Source: Squalus acanthias
Lineage: Eukaryota
NCBI GenBank assembly: GCA_030390025.1
Contig: JASTWF010000034.1
Span: forward strand, 2,728,001 to 2,792,000
Length of the DNA: 64,000 nt
Direction: 5' to 3'
Part shown: piece after piece, positions 1 to 15,000 of the stretch
Numbering within the stretch: position 1 is the stretch's first letter
How the letters are laid out: each line of letters opens with the position of its first letter
The notes under the pieces: model-generated
Told to the model about the DNA's origin: nothing
The model's input: the letters and a program-made list of their open reading frames with translations, nothing else
The model's database searches: none
Made by a program: the position numbers and the translations under genes

Positions 1-3000
1 ATATCCTCTACGCTGAGAATATAAAGTTACAGTTAATGGTTAATTTGACATGATGCCCTCTACACCAGTAAAAATAGTTACACTTAATATTTAATTTGAA
101 ATGATGCCCTCTACAACGGTGAATAAAGTTACAGTTAATCGTTAGTTTAGACATGTTAACTTGTACACAGGGGAATACATTTACAGTTATTTGTTAATTT
201 AGATATGTTTCCCTCCACACTGTGGAATAAAGTTACAGTTAATTGTTAATTTCGACATGATATCCTTTACACCGGTGAATAACGTAAATATCAATTGTTA
301 ATTTAGGCCTGAAACACTCTACACCAAGGAGAAGATTTACAGTTAATTGTTAATTTGACATGATATCCTCTACACTGGGGAATAATGTTAAAGTTAATTG
401 TTAATTTGACATGATGCCCTATACACCGGGGAATAACGTTACAATTAATTGTTAATTTCGACATGATGCCCTCTACACTGGGGAATAATGTTACAGTTAA
501 TTGTTAATTTAGACATGATACCTTCTCAACAGGGGAATAAAGTTACAATTAATTGTTAATTTAGACATGATACCTTCTCAACAATGGAATAAAGTTACAC
601 TTAATTGTTGAATTAGACATGATACCTTCTACACTGGGGAACAAAGTTACAGTTAATTGCTAATTTAGACAGGATACCCTCTACATCGGGGAATTAAGTT
701 ACTGTTAATTGTTAATTTGACATGATAACCTCTACACCGGAGAATAATTATACAGTTCATTGTTAATTTAGACATGATATACTCTACAGAATAGAATAAA
801 GTCATAGTTAATTTTGAATTTGGCATGATATCCTGTACACAAGAGAACAATTTTACAGTTAATTTTTAATAGACATGATATCCACTACACCGGGGAAGAA
901 AGTTACTGTTAATTGTTAATTTAGACATGATACCCATTACCATGCGGAATAAAATTACAGTTAATTGTAAATTTTTACATGATGCTCTCTACACCGGGGA
1001 ATAAAGTTACAGTAAATTGTTAATTTGATATGATACCCTCTACACCGGGAAATAAAGTTACAGTTAATTGTTAATTTTTCATGATGTCTTCTACACTGTG
1101 AAATAAAGTTACAGCTAATTGTTAATTTAGACATGATGCCCTGTACACCAGAGAATAAACGTACTGTTAATTGTTGGATTTACATCATACCCTCTACACT
1201 GTGGAATACAATTACAGTCAATAATCTCTACACTGGGGAATAATGATACATTTAATTTGAAATGGATCCCTCTGCACTGGGAAATAAAGTTACAGTTAAT
1301 TGTTTATTTGATATGATATCCTCTGCACCGGGGAATAAAGTTACAGTTAATTGTTAATTTGACATGATATCCTCTAAACCGGGGAATAAGGTTACAGTTA
1401 ATTGTTAACTTAAACATCATACACTTCACACCGGGGAATATAGTTACAGTTAATTGCAAATTTTGACATGATGCCCTCTACACCGGGGGAAAAAGTTACA
1501 GTTAATTGTTAATTTTGACATGATGCCCTCTACACCGGGGAGTAAAGTTACAGTTAATTGTTCATTTGATATGATACCCTCTACACCGGGAAATAAAGTT
1601 ACAGTTAATTGTTAATTTTATATGATGCCCTCAACACCGGGGAATAAAGTTGAAGTTAATTGTTAATCTGTCATGATACCCTCTGCACTGGGGAATAAAG
1701 TTACATGTAATTGTTAATTTGACATGATATCCTCTACACCGGGGAATAACGATACATTTAATTGTTAATCTATACATGCCACCCTCTGCACCATAGAATA
1801 AAGTTACAGGTAATTGTTGAATTTACATCATACCCTCTACACCGGGGAATAAATAAAAGTCATATTTTTTAACATGATAATCTCTGCACCGAGGAATAAA
1901 GATACAGTTAATTTGAAATGATACCCTCTACACCGCGGAATAAAGTTACAGTAAATTGTTAAATTAATATGATGCCCTCGACAACGGGGAATAAAGATAC
2001 AGTTAATTGTTAATTTGGACATGATAACCTCTACACCGGGAAATAAAGTAACAGTTAATTGTTAATTTCGACATGATGCCCTCTACATTGAGGAATAAAA
2101 TTACAGTTAATCGTTAATTAAGACATGATTCCCGATATCCAGGGAATGAAGTTACAGTTAATTGTTAATTTACACATGATACCTTCTACACTGGGGAATA
2201 AAGTTACAGTTAATTGTTAATTTAGACAGGATTCCCTCAACACCGGGGAATAAAGTTACAGGTAATTGTTAATTTAGACATGATTCCTTCTACATCGAGG
2301 AATAAAGTTACTGTTATATGTTGATTTGACACGATACCCTCTACATCAGTGAATATAGTTACCCTTAATAATTATTTTGACATGAAGCCCTCTACAACGG
2401 TGAATAAAGTTACAGTTAATTGTTAATTTAGATATGATGCCATCTACACTGGGGAATATAGTTACGGTAAATTGCTAATTTTTACATGATACCCTGTATA
2501 CCGGGGAATAAAGTTACAGTTAATTGTTAATTTAGACATGATTCCCTGCACACCATAGAATAAAGTTACAGTCAATTGCTAATTTTGACATGAAATCCTC
2601 TACACTTTGGAATAATGTTACACTTAATTTTTAATTTTGAAACGAAGCCCTCTACACCGGGGACTAAAGTTACAGTTAATTGTTAATTTGACATGATACA
2701 CTCTACACCGGGGAATAAAGTAAGAGTTATTTGTTAATTTGACATGATGCCCACTAAACTGGGGAATATATTTAATGTTATTTGTTAATTTGTCATGAAA
2801 ACCTCTAAACTGGGGAATAAAGTTATAGTTGATTGTTAATTTTACATGACCATCTCTACATTGGGGAACAAAGTTACAGATGATTGTTATTTTTAGACGA
2901 TAACCTCTACACCGGGGAATAAAGTTACATTAAATTGTAAATTTAGATATGATACCCTCTACACTGAGGAATAAGATTACATTTAAATGTTAATTTGACA

Positions 3001-6000
3001 TGATGCCCTCTACACCGGGGAATAAAGTTACAGTGAATTGTTAATATAGAAATGATTCCCTCTAAACCAGGGAATAAATTTACACTAATTTTTTATTTGA
3101 CATGCTACACTCAACACCTGGGAATGAAGTTACAGTTAATTGTTAATTTGATATGATACCCTCTACACCGGGGAAAAAAGTTCCAGTTAATTGTTAATTT
3201 AGACATGATACCTTCTACAAAGGGGTATAAAGTTATATTTAATGGTTTATTTAGAAATGATTCCCTCCACACCGGGGATTATAGTTGCAGTTAATTGCAA
3301 TTTTTGACATAATACCCTCTACACCGGGAAATAAAGTTACAGTTAATTGTTAATTTGATATGATACCCTCTACACCGGGGATAATGTTACAGTTAATTGT
3401 TAATTTGACATGATATCCTCTACACCATGGAGTAAAGTTACAGTTTAATTGTTGAATTGACATGATACCGTCTACACTGTGGAATAAAGTTAGTCATTTT
3501 TTTTAACATGATAATCTCTACACCGGGGAATTAAGTTACAGTTAATTGTTAATTTCGACATGATAAACTCTGCAGCTGGGAATAATGTAGGCTTCGCAAA
3601 ACCCCCAGAAACTCGAACAGAACCCTAAGTGAAGTGATTTGAGGTAAAACACTCAGTTTTGGAAATTTGTAAAGATCAGGTAAGAAAAACCCTGAGGAAA
3701 ATGACTTTTTGAATCTTACTGTTGGGAAAGACACCTTTCACAGACACCGACAGGCTACGGAGTGGCGTGCCCAGGCAGTGGACAGATTTGGGTATTGGGG
3801 CCCAATCAAGCTGTCTGGGAATGTGTTTACACTGCCATCCTACCAAGAAGGAAGAGACAAACCCAAAAGCCTCACACACACAACCAAATATGTATAATCC
3901 AAGACCTCTTTTGAAATTCCCAGGCCCAAACAGGATACCAGAAGCCTGAAATAAATAAAACATTTAGTGCCCCGATTTACTTCATCAAAAACCAATCAAC
4001 CAGGTATCCACAGGACAGATTTAAAGTGCGCCAAATACCAAGGACAATAGGGACAAGATTTGGCGCGTAGATAAAGGCCTTGCCTAAATCGGAAGCTATC
4101 AGGACATGTTTAACACAAAGTTAAAGCCATCGAAACTGAGAAGCCCGCCAAAACTAACAATGGAGTAAACAGGGCTCATTTGAAATCTAAGGGAAACCGT
4201 TTTAGTAAGGGGTTTTGAGCGCGAAAAGGAAAGTATAATTGGGGACCTAATGTCACAAGACTCTCTCTCTCTGGACTCGCTGACAACGCACTCAACGCTC
4301 GCACAGCTCTCTCTCTCTCTCAGCTCTGCTCCAGCAACGACACCACAAGCCACGAGGAGAAGGAGGAAAGAAGGCCAACAACTTCACAAACAGACCAACT
4401 CACAAGAAGAAACCAGCGCGACTGCCTCAGTGACCATTGGACACCTCGCGGCAACAAGGGCCTTACGAAACCTTTTATTCAAAAGACTCTAAACCCTAAC
4501 TCTCAACTCTCAAGGATTCGTTCGGTGAGCATTATCCCTGATCTCCTGAAACCAAAACCTAGCTAGATAGTGGGATTTTTGGGATGGGCAAGGTTTTTTT
4601 TGTATATTGTCGGTATCCCTCGACTGTACCGAGTGTTGCTCAACCTGTGTTCAAGTATTAAGTGTGTTTTAAGTTTGTTACCTTTTTCTTTTAATAAAAT
4701 CAGAAATCTTTCATTAGAACCTGTTGTCTACTGAATCTTTGTTCAGGACCCGTAAATAAGTCCAAATTCTAGTAACCAGGGGCGTGTGATCGATTCGAAC
4801 TGCTCACTGAGTCAGAGGTGAAGGCTGAACCCAATACCACACCCTACAATAAAGTTAAAGTGAATTGTTAATTTTGACATGATACCCTCGGCACCGGGGA
4901 ATAAATTAATTGTCAATTGTTAATTTAGGCATGAAACCCTCTACAGCAGGGAGTAAATTTACAGTTAATTGTTAATTTGACATGATATCCTCTTCACTGT
5001 GGAATAAAGTTACATTTACTTGTTAATTTGACATGATATCCTCTACACTAGGGATTAATGTTAAAGTTAATTTTTAATTTGTCATGATACACTTTTCACT
5101 GGGGAATACTGTACCAGTCAATTGTTAATTGTTAATTTAGACAGGATTCCCTCAACACCGGGGGATATAGTTACAGTTAATTGTTAATTTAGACATGATA
5201 CCCTCTACACCGGTGAATAAATTTACAAATAATTGTTAATTTTGACATGAAGCCCTCTACACCGGGGTCTAAAGTTACAGTTAATTGTTAATTTGACATG
5301 ATAACCTCTACACTGGGGAATAAATTTAAAGTTAATTTTTAACTTGTCATGTTACCCTCTACGCTGAGAATATAAAGTTACAGTTAATAGTTAATTTGAC
5401 GTGATGCCCTCTAAACCTGTAAACATAGTTACACTTAATATTTAATTTGAAATAATGCCCTCTACATCGGTGAATATAGTTACAGTTAATTGTTAATTTA
5501 GACATGTTACCTTGTACACAGGTGAAAAAAATTACAGTTATTTGTTAATTTAGATATATTTCCCTCCACACTGTGGAATAAAATTATAGTTTATTGTAAA
5601 TTAAGAAAAGTTTCCCACCACACCAGGGAATAAAGTTACTGTCAATTGGTAATGTGACATGATACCCTCCACACCAGGGTATAAAGTTACATTTAATTGT
5701 TAAATAAGACATCATACCCTCTACACTCAGGATATATGGTTACAGGTAATTGTTAATTTGACATGATCACCTGTACACCGGGGAATAAAGTTACAGTTAT
5801 TGTTAATTTGACATGATACCCTCTACACTGGGGAATAAATTTACAGTTAATTGTTAATGTTACATTATGCCCTCAACACCGGGGAATAAAGTTGAAGTTA
5901 ATTGTTAATCTTTCATGATACCCTCTACACTGGGGAATAAATTTACAGTAAATTGTTGAATTTACATGATACCCTCCACACTGTGGAATAAAGTTGCAGT

Positions 6001-9000
6001 CATTTTTTTTAACAGGATAATTTATACACTGGGGAATAAAGATACAGTTAATTCGAAATGGTGCCCTCTACACCGGGGAATAAAGTTACAGTCAATTGTT
6101 AATTTCGACATGATACACTCTACACCGGGAAATAAAGTTACAGTTAATGGTTAATTTTGACATGATACACTATGCACAGGGGAATAAAGTTACACTCAAT
6201 TGTTAAATTGACATGATACCCTATGCACCAGGGAATAAAGTTACAGTTAATTGTTAATTTCGACATGATATCCTCTACACCGGGGAATAATGTTAAAGTT
6301 AATTGTTAATTTAGAAATGATACCTTCTCAACAGGGGAATAAAGTGACACTTAATCGTTAATTTAGACATGATACCTTCTCAACAGGGGAATAAAGTTAC
6401 ACTTAATTGTTAATTTAGACATGATACCTTCTACACTGGGGAACAAAGTTACAGTTAATTGCTAATTTAGACAGGATACCCTCTACATCGGGGAATAAAG
6501 TTACTGTTAATTGTTAATTTGACATCATAACCTCTACACCGGAGAATAATTTTACATTTAATCGTTAATTTAGACATGATATCCTCTACAGCACAGAATA
6601 AAGTCACAGTTAATTTTTAATTTGGCATGATATCCTGTTCACAAGAGAAGAATTTTGCAGTTAATTTTTAATTGACATAATATCCTCTACACCGGGGAAT
6701 AAAGTTAATTTAATTGTTAATTTTACATGATATACTCTAAACTGGGGAAAAAAGTTACTTTTAATTGTTAATTTAGACATGATACCCACTGCAATGCGGA
6801 ATAAAGTTACAGTTAATTGTTAATTTTTACATGTTGCCCTCTACACCGGGGAATAAAGTTACAGTAAATTGTTAATTTGATACCATAACCTCTACACCGG
6901 AGAATAATTTTACAGTTAATTGTTAATTTTTCATGATGTCCTCTACAGTGTGAAATAAAGTTACAGTTAATTGTTAATTTAGAAATGATACCCTGTACAC
7001 CAGAGAATAAACTTACTGCTAATTGTTGAATTTACATGATACCCTCTGCACTGTGGAATAACATTACAGTCAATAATCTCTACACTGGGGAATAATAATA
7101 CATTTAATTTTAAATGGAACCCTCTACACTGGGAAATAAAGTTACAGTTAATTGTTAATTTGATATGATACCCTCTGCAACGTGGAATATAGTTACAGTT
7201 AATTGCTAATTTTGACATAATGTCCTTTACACCGCGTAATAAATTTACAGTTAATTGTTTATTTTGACATAATGCCCTCTACACCGGGGAATAAGTTACA
7301 GTTAATTGTTAATTTTACATGATATCCTCTAAACCGGGGATTAAGGTTACAGTTAATTGTTAACTTAAACAACATACACTTCACACCGGGGAATATAGTT
7401 ACAGTTAATTGCAAATTTTGACATGATGCCCTCTACACCGGGGAAAGAAGTTACAGTTAAATGTTAATTTTGACATGATTCCCTCTACACCGGGGAGTAA
7501 AGTTACAGTTAATTGTTCATTTGATATGATACCCTCTGCACCGGGAAATAAAGTTACACTTAATTGTTAATATTATATGATGCCCTCAAAATCGGGGAAT
7601 AAAGTTGAAGTTAATTGTTAATCTGTCATGATACCCTCTACACTGGGGAATAAAGTTACATGTAATTGTTAATTTGACATGATATCCTCTACACCGGGGA
7701 ATAAAGATACATTTAATTGTTAATTTATACATGCCACCCTCTGCACCAGAGAATAAAGTTACAGGTAATTGTTGAATTTACATGACACCCTCTACACCGG
7801 GGAATAAAGTAAAAGTCAATTTTTTTAACATGATAATCTCTACACCGAGGAATAAAGATAGTTAATTTGAAATGATACCCTCTACACCGGGGAATAAAGT
7901 TCCAGTTAATTGTTAAATTAATATGATGCCCTCGACACTGGGGAATAAAGATACAGTTAATTGTTAATTTAGACATGATAACCTCGACACCGGGGAATAA
8001 AGTAACAGTTAATTGTTAATTTGACATTATGCCCTCTACACCGGAGAATAAAGTAACAGTTAATTGTTAATTTGCCATTATGCCCTCTACACCGGGCAAT
8101 AAAGTTTCAGTTAATTGTTAATTTCGAGATGATGCCCTCTACACTGGGGAATAAAATTACAGTTAATCGTTCATTAAGATATGATTCCCGGTATTCCAGG
8201 GAATGAAGTTACAGTTAATTGTTAATTTACACATGATACCTTCTACACTGGGGAATAAAGTTACAGTTAATTGTTAATTTAGACAGGATCCCCTCAACAC
8301 CGGGGAATAAAGTTACAGTTAATTCTTAATTTAGACATGATTCCTGCTACATCGAGGAATAAAGTTACTGTTAATTGTTGATTTGACACGATACCCTCTA
8401 CATCAGTGAATATAGTTACCCTTAATATTTATTTTGACATGAAACCCTCTACAACGGTGAATAAAGTTACAGTTAATTGTTAATTTCGATATGATGCCCT
8501 CTACACCGGGGAATATAGTTACAGTTAATTGCTAATTTTGAAATGATACCCTGTATACCGGGGAATAAAGTTACAGTTAATTGTTAATTTAGACATGATT
8601 CCCTGCACACCATAGAATAAAGTTACAGTCAATTGCTAATTTTGACATGATACCCTCTACACCGGGGAATAAAGTTACAGTTGATTGTTAATTTTACATG
8701 ATACCTTCTACACAGGGGAATAAAGTTACAGTTAACTGTTAATTTAGACATGATTCCCTGCACACCGGGGAATAAAGTTGCAGTTAATTGTTAATTTAGA
8801 CATGATTCCCTGCACACCATAGAATAAAGTTACAGTCAATTGCTAATTTTGACATGATATCCTCTACACTTTGGAATAATGTTACAGTTAATTGTTAATT
8901 TTGCCATGATGCCCGCCACACTGCGGAATAAATATAAATTTAATCTTTAATTTGTCATGAAAACCTCTACACTGGGAATAAAGTTGCAGTTGATTGTTAA

Positions 9001-12000
9001 TTTTACATGATACCCTCTACACCGGGAAATAAAGTTACAGTTGATTGTTAATTTAGACATGATTCCCTCCACACAATGGAATAACATTTCAGTCAATTGC
9101 TAATTTTGACAAGATACCCTCTAAACTGTGGAATAATGTTACAGTCAATTGCTAATTTTGAAATGAAGCCCCCTTCACCGGGGACTAAAGTTACAGTTAC
9201 TTATGAATTTAACATGATACACTCTACACCAGGGAATAAAGTTAGAGTTATTTGTTAATTTGACATGATGCCCACTAACCTGGGGAATATATTTAAAGTT
9301 ATTTGTTAATTTGTCATGAAAACCTCTAAACAGGGGAATAAAGTTATAGTTGATTGTTAATTTTACATGATAACCTCTACACTGGGGAACAAAGTTACAG
9401 TTGATTGTTATTTTTAAATGATAACCTCTACACCGGGGAATAAAGTTACATTAAATTGTAAATGTAGATATGATACACTCTACACCGAGGAATAAGATTA
9501 CATTTAAATGTTAATTTGACATGATGCCCTCTACACCGGGGAATAAAGTTACACTTAATTGCTAATTTGACATGATAGACTCTACCCCTGGGAATTAAGT
9601 TACAATTAATTGTTTATTTAACATGATGCCCTCTACACCGGGAAATAAAGTTACAGTTGATTGTTAATTTAGACATGATTCCCTCCACACAATGGAATAA
9701 AATTTCAGTCAATTGCTAATTTTGACAAGATACCCTCTACACTGTGGAATAATGTTACAGTTAATTGCTCATTTTGAAATGAAGCCCCCTTCACCGGGGA
9801 CTAAAGTTACAGTTACTTATGAATTTAACATGATACACTCTACACCAGGGAATAAAGTTAGAGTTATTTGTTAATTTGACATGATGCCCACTAACCTGGG
9901 GAATATATTTAAAGTTATTTGTTAATTTGTCATGAAAACCTCTAAACTGGGGAATAAAGTTATAGTTGATTGTTAATTTTACATGATAACCTCTACACTG
10001 GGGAACAAAGTTACAGTTGATTGTTATTTAACATGATGCCCTCTACACCGGGGAATAAAGTTCCAGTGAATTGTTAATTCAGAAATGAAGCCCTCTAAAC
10101 CGGGGAATAAAGTTACACTTAATTGTTAATTTGACATGATGCCCTCTACACCGGGGTATACATTTTCATTTAATTGTTAATGTCGACAGGAGGCCCTCTA
10201 CATTGGTGAATAAAATTACAGTTAATTTTTAATTTAGACATGATACCTTCTAAACTGGGGAATAAAGTAAAAGTTACTTTTTAATATGTCATGATGCCCT
10301 CTGCACCGGGGAATACAGTTACTGTTAATTGCTATTTTTGACATGATAACCTGTATACTGGGGAATAACGTAACAGTTAATTGTTAATTTAGACATGATT
10401 CCCTGCACACCATAGAATAAAGTTACTGTCAATTTCTAATTTTGGCATGATATCCTCTACAATTTGGAATAATGTTACAGTTAATTGTTAATTTTGCCAT
10501 GATGCCCACTACACTGAGGAATAAATTTAAATTTAATTTTTAATTTGTCATGATGACCTCTACACTGGGTATAAAGTTACAGATGATTTTTAATTTTACA
10601 TGATACCTTCTACACCGGTGAATAAAGTAAAACTTGATTGTTAATATTACATGATACCCTCTGCACAGGGGAATAAAGTTACAGTTAATTGTTAATTTAG
10701 ACATGATTCTCTGCACACCGGGGAATAAAGTTATAGTTAATTGTTAATTTAGGCATGATTCCCTCCACACAATGGAATAAAGTTTCAGTCAATTGCTAAT
10801 AATGACATGATACCCTGTACACCGGGGAATAATGTTACAGTTAATTGTTAAGTTTACATGATAACCTCTACACCGGGGAATAAAGTTACATTAAATTGTT
10901 AATTTAGATATGATACCCTCTACACCGCGAAATAATGTTACAGTTAAATGTTAATTTGACACGATTCACTCTACACCGTGGAATAAAGTTACAGTTAATT
11001 GTTAATTTGATATGATACCCTCTACACCGGGGAATAAAGTTACAGTTAATTGTTAATTTTATATGATGCCCTCAACAACGGGGAATAAAGTTGAAGTTAA
11101 TTGTTAATCTGTCATGTTACCCTTTGCACTGGGGAGTAAAGTTACATTTAATTGTTAATTTATACATGATACCCTCTGCACCAGAGAATAATGTTACAGG
11201 TAATTGTTGAATTTACATGATACCCTCTACACCGGGGAATAAAGTAAAAGCCATTTGTTAATTTGACTTGATACCCTCTGCACTGGGGAATAAAGTTAAA
11301 GTTAATTGTTAATTTCGACATGATACACACTACACCGGGGATTAAATTAAATGTCAGTTTTTCATATGACATGATGCTCTCGGCATAGGGGAATAAAGTA
11401 ATTGTCAATTGTTAATTTAGACATGAAACCCTCTACAGCAGAGAGTAAATTTACAGTTAATTGTTAATTTGACATGATATCCTCTGCACTGGGGAATAAT
11501 GTTAAATTTAATAGTTAATTTGACATGTTGCCTCTGCATGGGAGAATAACGTTACAGTTAATTGTTAATTTAAACATGATGCCCTCTACACTGGGGAATA
11601 AAGTTACAGTTAATAGTTAATTTTGACATGATGCCTTCTACACAGGGGAATAAATTTACAGGTAATTTAAAGGTAATTTAGACATGATGCCCGCTACACC
11701 GCTACACCGAGGAATAATGTTACTGTTAATTGTTAATTTAGACAGGATTCCCTCAACACCGGCGAATAAAGTTACAGTTAAATATTAATTTTATATGATG
11801 CCCTCTATACCGGGGAATAAAGTTACAGTTAATTGTTAATCTGTCATGATACCCTTTACACTGGGGAATAATGTTACAGTTAATAGGTAATTTGACATGA
11901 TACCCTCTACACCGGGGAATAAAGTTACATTTAATTGTTAATTTATACATGATACCCTATGCACCAGAAATTAAAGTTACAGTTAATTGTTGAATTGACA

Positions 12001-15000
12001 TGATGACCTCTACACTGTGGAATAAAGTTACATTTAATTGTTAATTTATACATGATACCCTCTGCACCAGAGAACAAATTTACAATTAATTGTTAATTTA
12101 AACATGATGCCCTCTACAACGAGAAGTAAAGTTACAGTAAATTGTTAATTTGACATGATGCCCTCTACACCGGGGAATAAAGTTCCAGTGAATTGTTAAT
12201 TCAGAAATGAAGCCCTCTAAACCGGGGAATAAAGTTACACTTAATTGTTAATTTGACATGATGCCCTCTACACCGGGGTATAAATTTTCAGTTAATTGTT
12301 AATTTCGACAGGAGGCCCTCTACATTGGTGAATAAAATTACAGTTAATTTTTAATTTAGACATGATACCTTCTAAACTGGGGAATAAAGTTAAAGTTAAT
12401 TTTTAATATGTCATGATGCCCTCTACACCGGGGAATATAGTTACGGTTAATTGCTAATTTTGACATGATAACCTGTATACTGGGGAATAACGTAACAGTT
12501 AATTGTTAATTTAGACATGATTCCCTGCACACCATAGAATAAAGTTACAGTCAGTTTCTAATTTTGGCATGATATCCTCTACACTGGGAATAAAGTTACA
12601 GATGATTGTTAATTTTACATGATACCTTCTACACCGGGGAATAAAGTTAAACTTGATTGTTAATTTTACATGATACCCTCTGCACAGGGGAATAAAGTTA
12701 CAGTTAATTGTTAATTTAGACATGATTCCCTGCAAACCGGGGAATAAAGTTATAGTTAATTGTTAATTTAGTCATGATTCCCTCCACACAAAGGAATAAA
12801 GTTTCAGTCAATTGCTAATAATGACATGATACCCTGTACACCGTGGAATAATGTTACAGTTAATTGTTAATTTTACATGATAACCTCTACACCGGGGAAT
12901 AAAGTTACATTAAATTGCTAAGTTAGATATGATACCCTCTACACCGCAAAATAATGTTACCGTTAAATGTTAATTTGACACGATTCACTCTACACCGTGG
13001 AATAAAGTTACAGTTAATTGTTAATTTGATATGATACCCTCTACACCGGGGAATAAAGTTACAGTTAATTGTTAATTTTACATGATGCCCTCAACACCGG
13101 GGAATAAAGTTGAAGTTAATTGTTAATCTGTCATGATACCCTCTGCACTGGGGAATAAAGTTACATTTAATTGTTAATTTGACATGATATCCTCTACACC
13201 GGGGAATAAAGTTACATTTAATTGTTAATTTATACATGATACCCTCTGCACCAGAGAATAAAGTTACAGGTAATTGTTGAATTTACATGATACCCTCTAC
13301 TCCGGGGAATAAAGTAAAAGCCAATTGTTATTTTGACTTGATACCCTCTGCACTGGGGAATATAGTTAAAGTTAATTGTTAATTTCGACATGATACACTC
13401 TACACCGGGGATTAAATTAAAAGTCAATTTTTCATATGACATGATGCTCGCGGCACAGGGGAATAAAGTAATTGTCAATTGTTAATTTAGACATGAAACC
13501 CTCTACAGCAGAGAGTAAATTTACAGTTAATTGTTAATTTGACATGATATCCTCTGCACTGGGGAATAATGTTAAATTTAATAGTTAATTTGACATGTTG
13601 CCTCTGCATGGGAGAATAAAGTTACAGTTAATTGTTAATTTAAACATGATGCCCTCTACACTGGGGAATAAAGTTACAGTTAATAGTTAATTTTGATATG
13701 ATGCCTTCTACACAGGGGAATAAATTTACAGGTAATTGTTAATTTAGACATGATGCCCTCCACACCGAGGAATAACGTTAGTGTTAATTGTTAATTTAGA
13801 CAGGATTCCCTCAACACCAGGGAATAAAGTTACAGTTAATTGTTAATTTTATATGATGCCCTCTACACCGGGGAATAAAGTTACAGTTAATTGTTAATCT
13901 GTCATGATACCCTTTACACTGGGGAATAAAGTTACAGTTAATTGGTAATTTGACATGATATCCTCTACACCGGGAAATAAAGTTACATTTAATTGTTAAT
14001 TTATACATGATACCCTTTGCACCAGAGATTAAAGTTACAGTTAATTGTTTAATTGACATGATGACCTCCACACTGTGGAATAAATTTACAATTAATTGTT
14101 AATCTTTTATGAAACCCTCTACACTTGGGTATAAATTTGCAGTTAATTGTTAATTTGACATGATATCCGCTACACCAGGGAATAAAGTTACATTTAATTG
14201 TTAATTTATACATGATACCCTCTGCACCAGAGAACAAATTTACAATTAATTGTTGAATTGACATGATACCCTCTACACCAGGGAATAAAGTTACAGTTAA
14301 TTGTTAATTTCGACATTATGCACTCTACACCGGGGAATAAAGTAAATGTCAATTGTTTATTTTGGCATGAAACCCTCTATAGCAGGGAGTAAATTTACAA
14401 TTAATTGTTAATTTGACTTGATATCCTCTAAACTGGGGAATAATGTTAAAGGTAATATTTAATTTGTCATGATAAACTCTACATGGGGAATAAAGTTACA
14501 GTTGATTGTGAATTTGACATGATACCCTTTACACCGGGGAATACTGTACCAGTCAATTAATAATAAGACTTGATAACCTCTACACCGGGGAATAAAGTTA
14601 TAGTAAATTGTTAATTTAAACATGATGCCCTCTACAACGAGGAGTAAAGTTACAGTTAATTGTTAATTTGACATGATACCCTCTACACCGGGAATAAAGT
14701 TACTGTTAATTGTTAATTTAGAAATGATTCCCTCTACACCGGGGACTACAGTTACAGTTATTTGTTAATTTGATATGATACACTCTACACCAGGGAATAA
14801 AGTTAATTGTTAATTGTTAATTTGACATGATGCCCACTAAACTGGGGAATATATTTAAAGTAATTTTTTAATATGTCATGAAAACCCCTACATTGGGGTA
14901 TAAAGTTAAAGTTGATTGTTAATTTTGCATGATAACCTCTACACTGGGGAACAAAGTTACAGCTGATTGTTAATGTTACATGATAACCTCTACACCGGGG

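Noticed and set aside
3549..4492. Short ORFs inside the first insertion
   Set aside because: No recognisable domains; they lie within a solo LTR.
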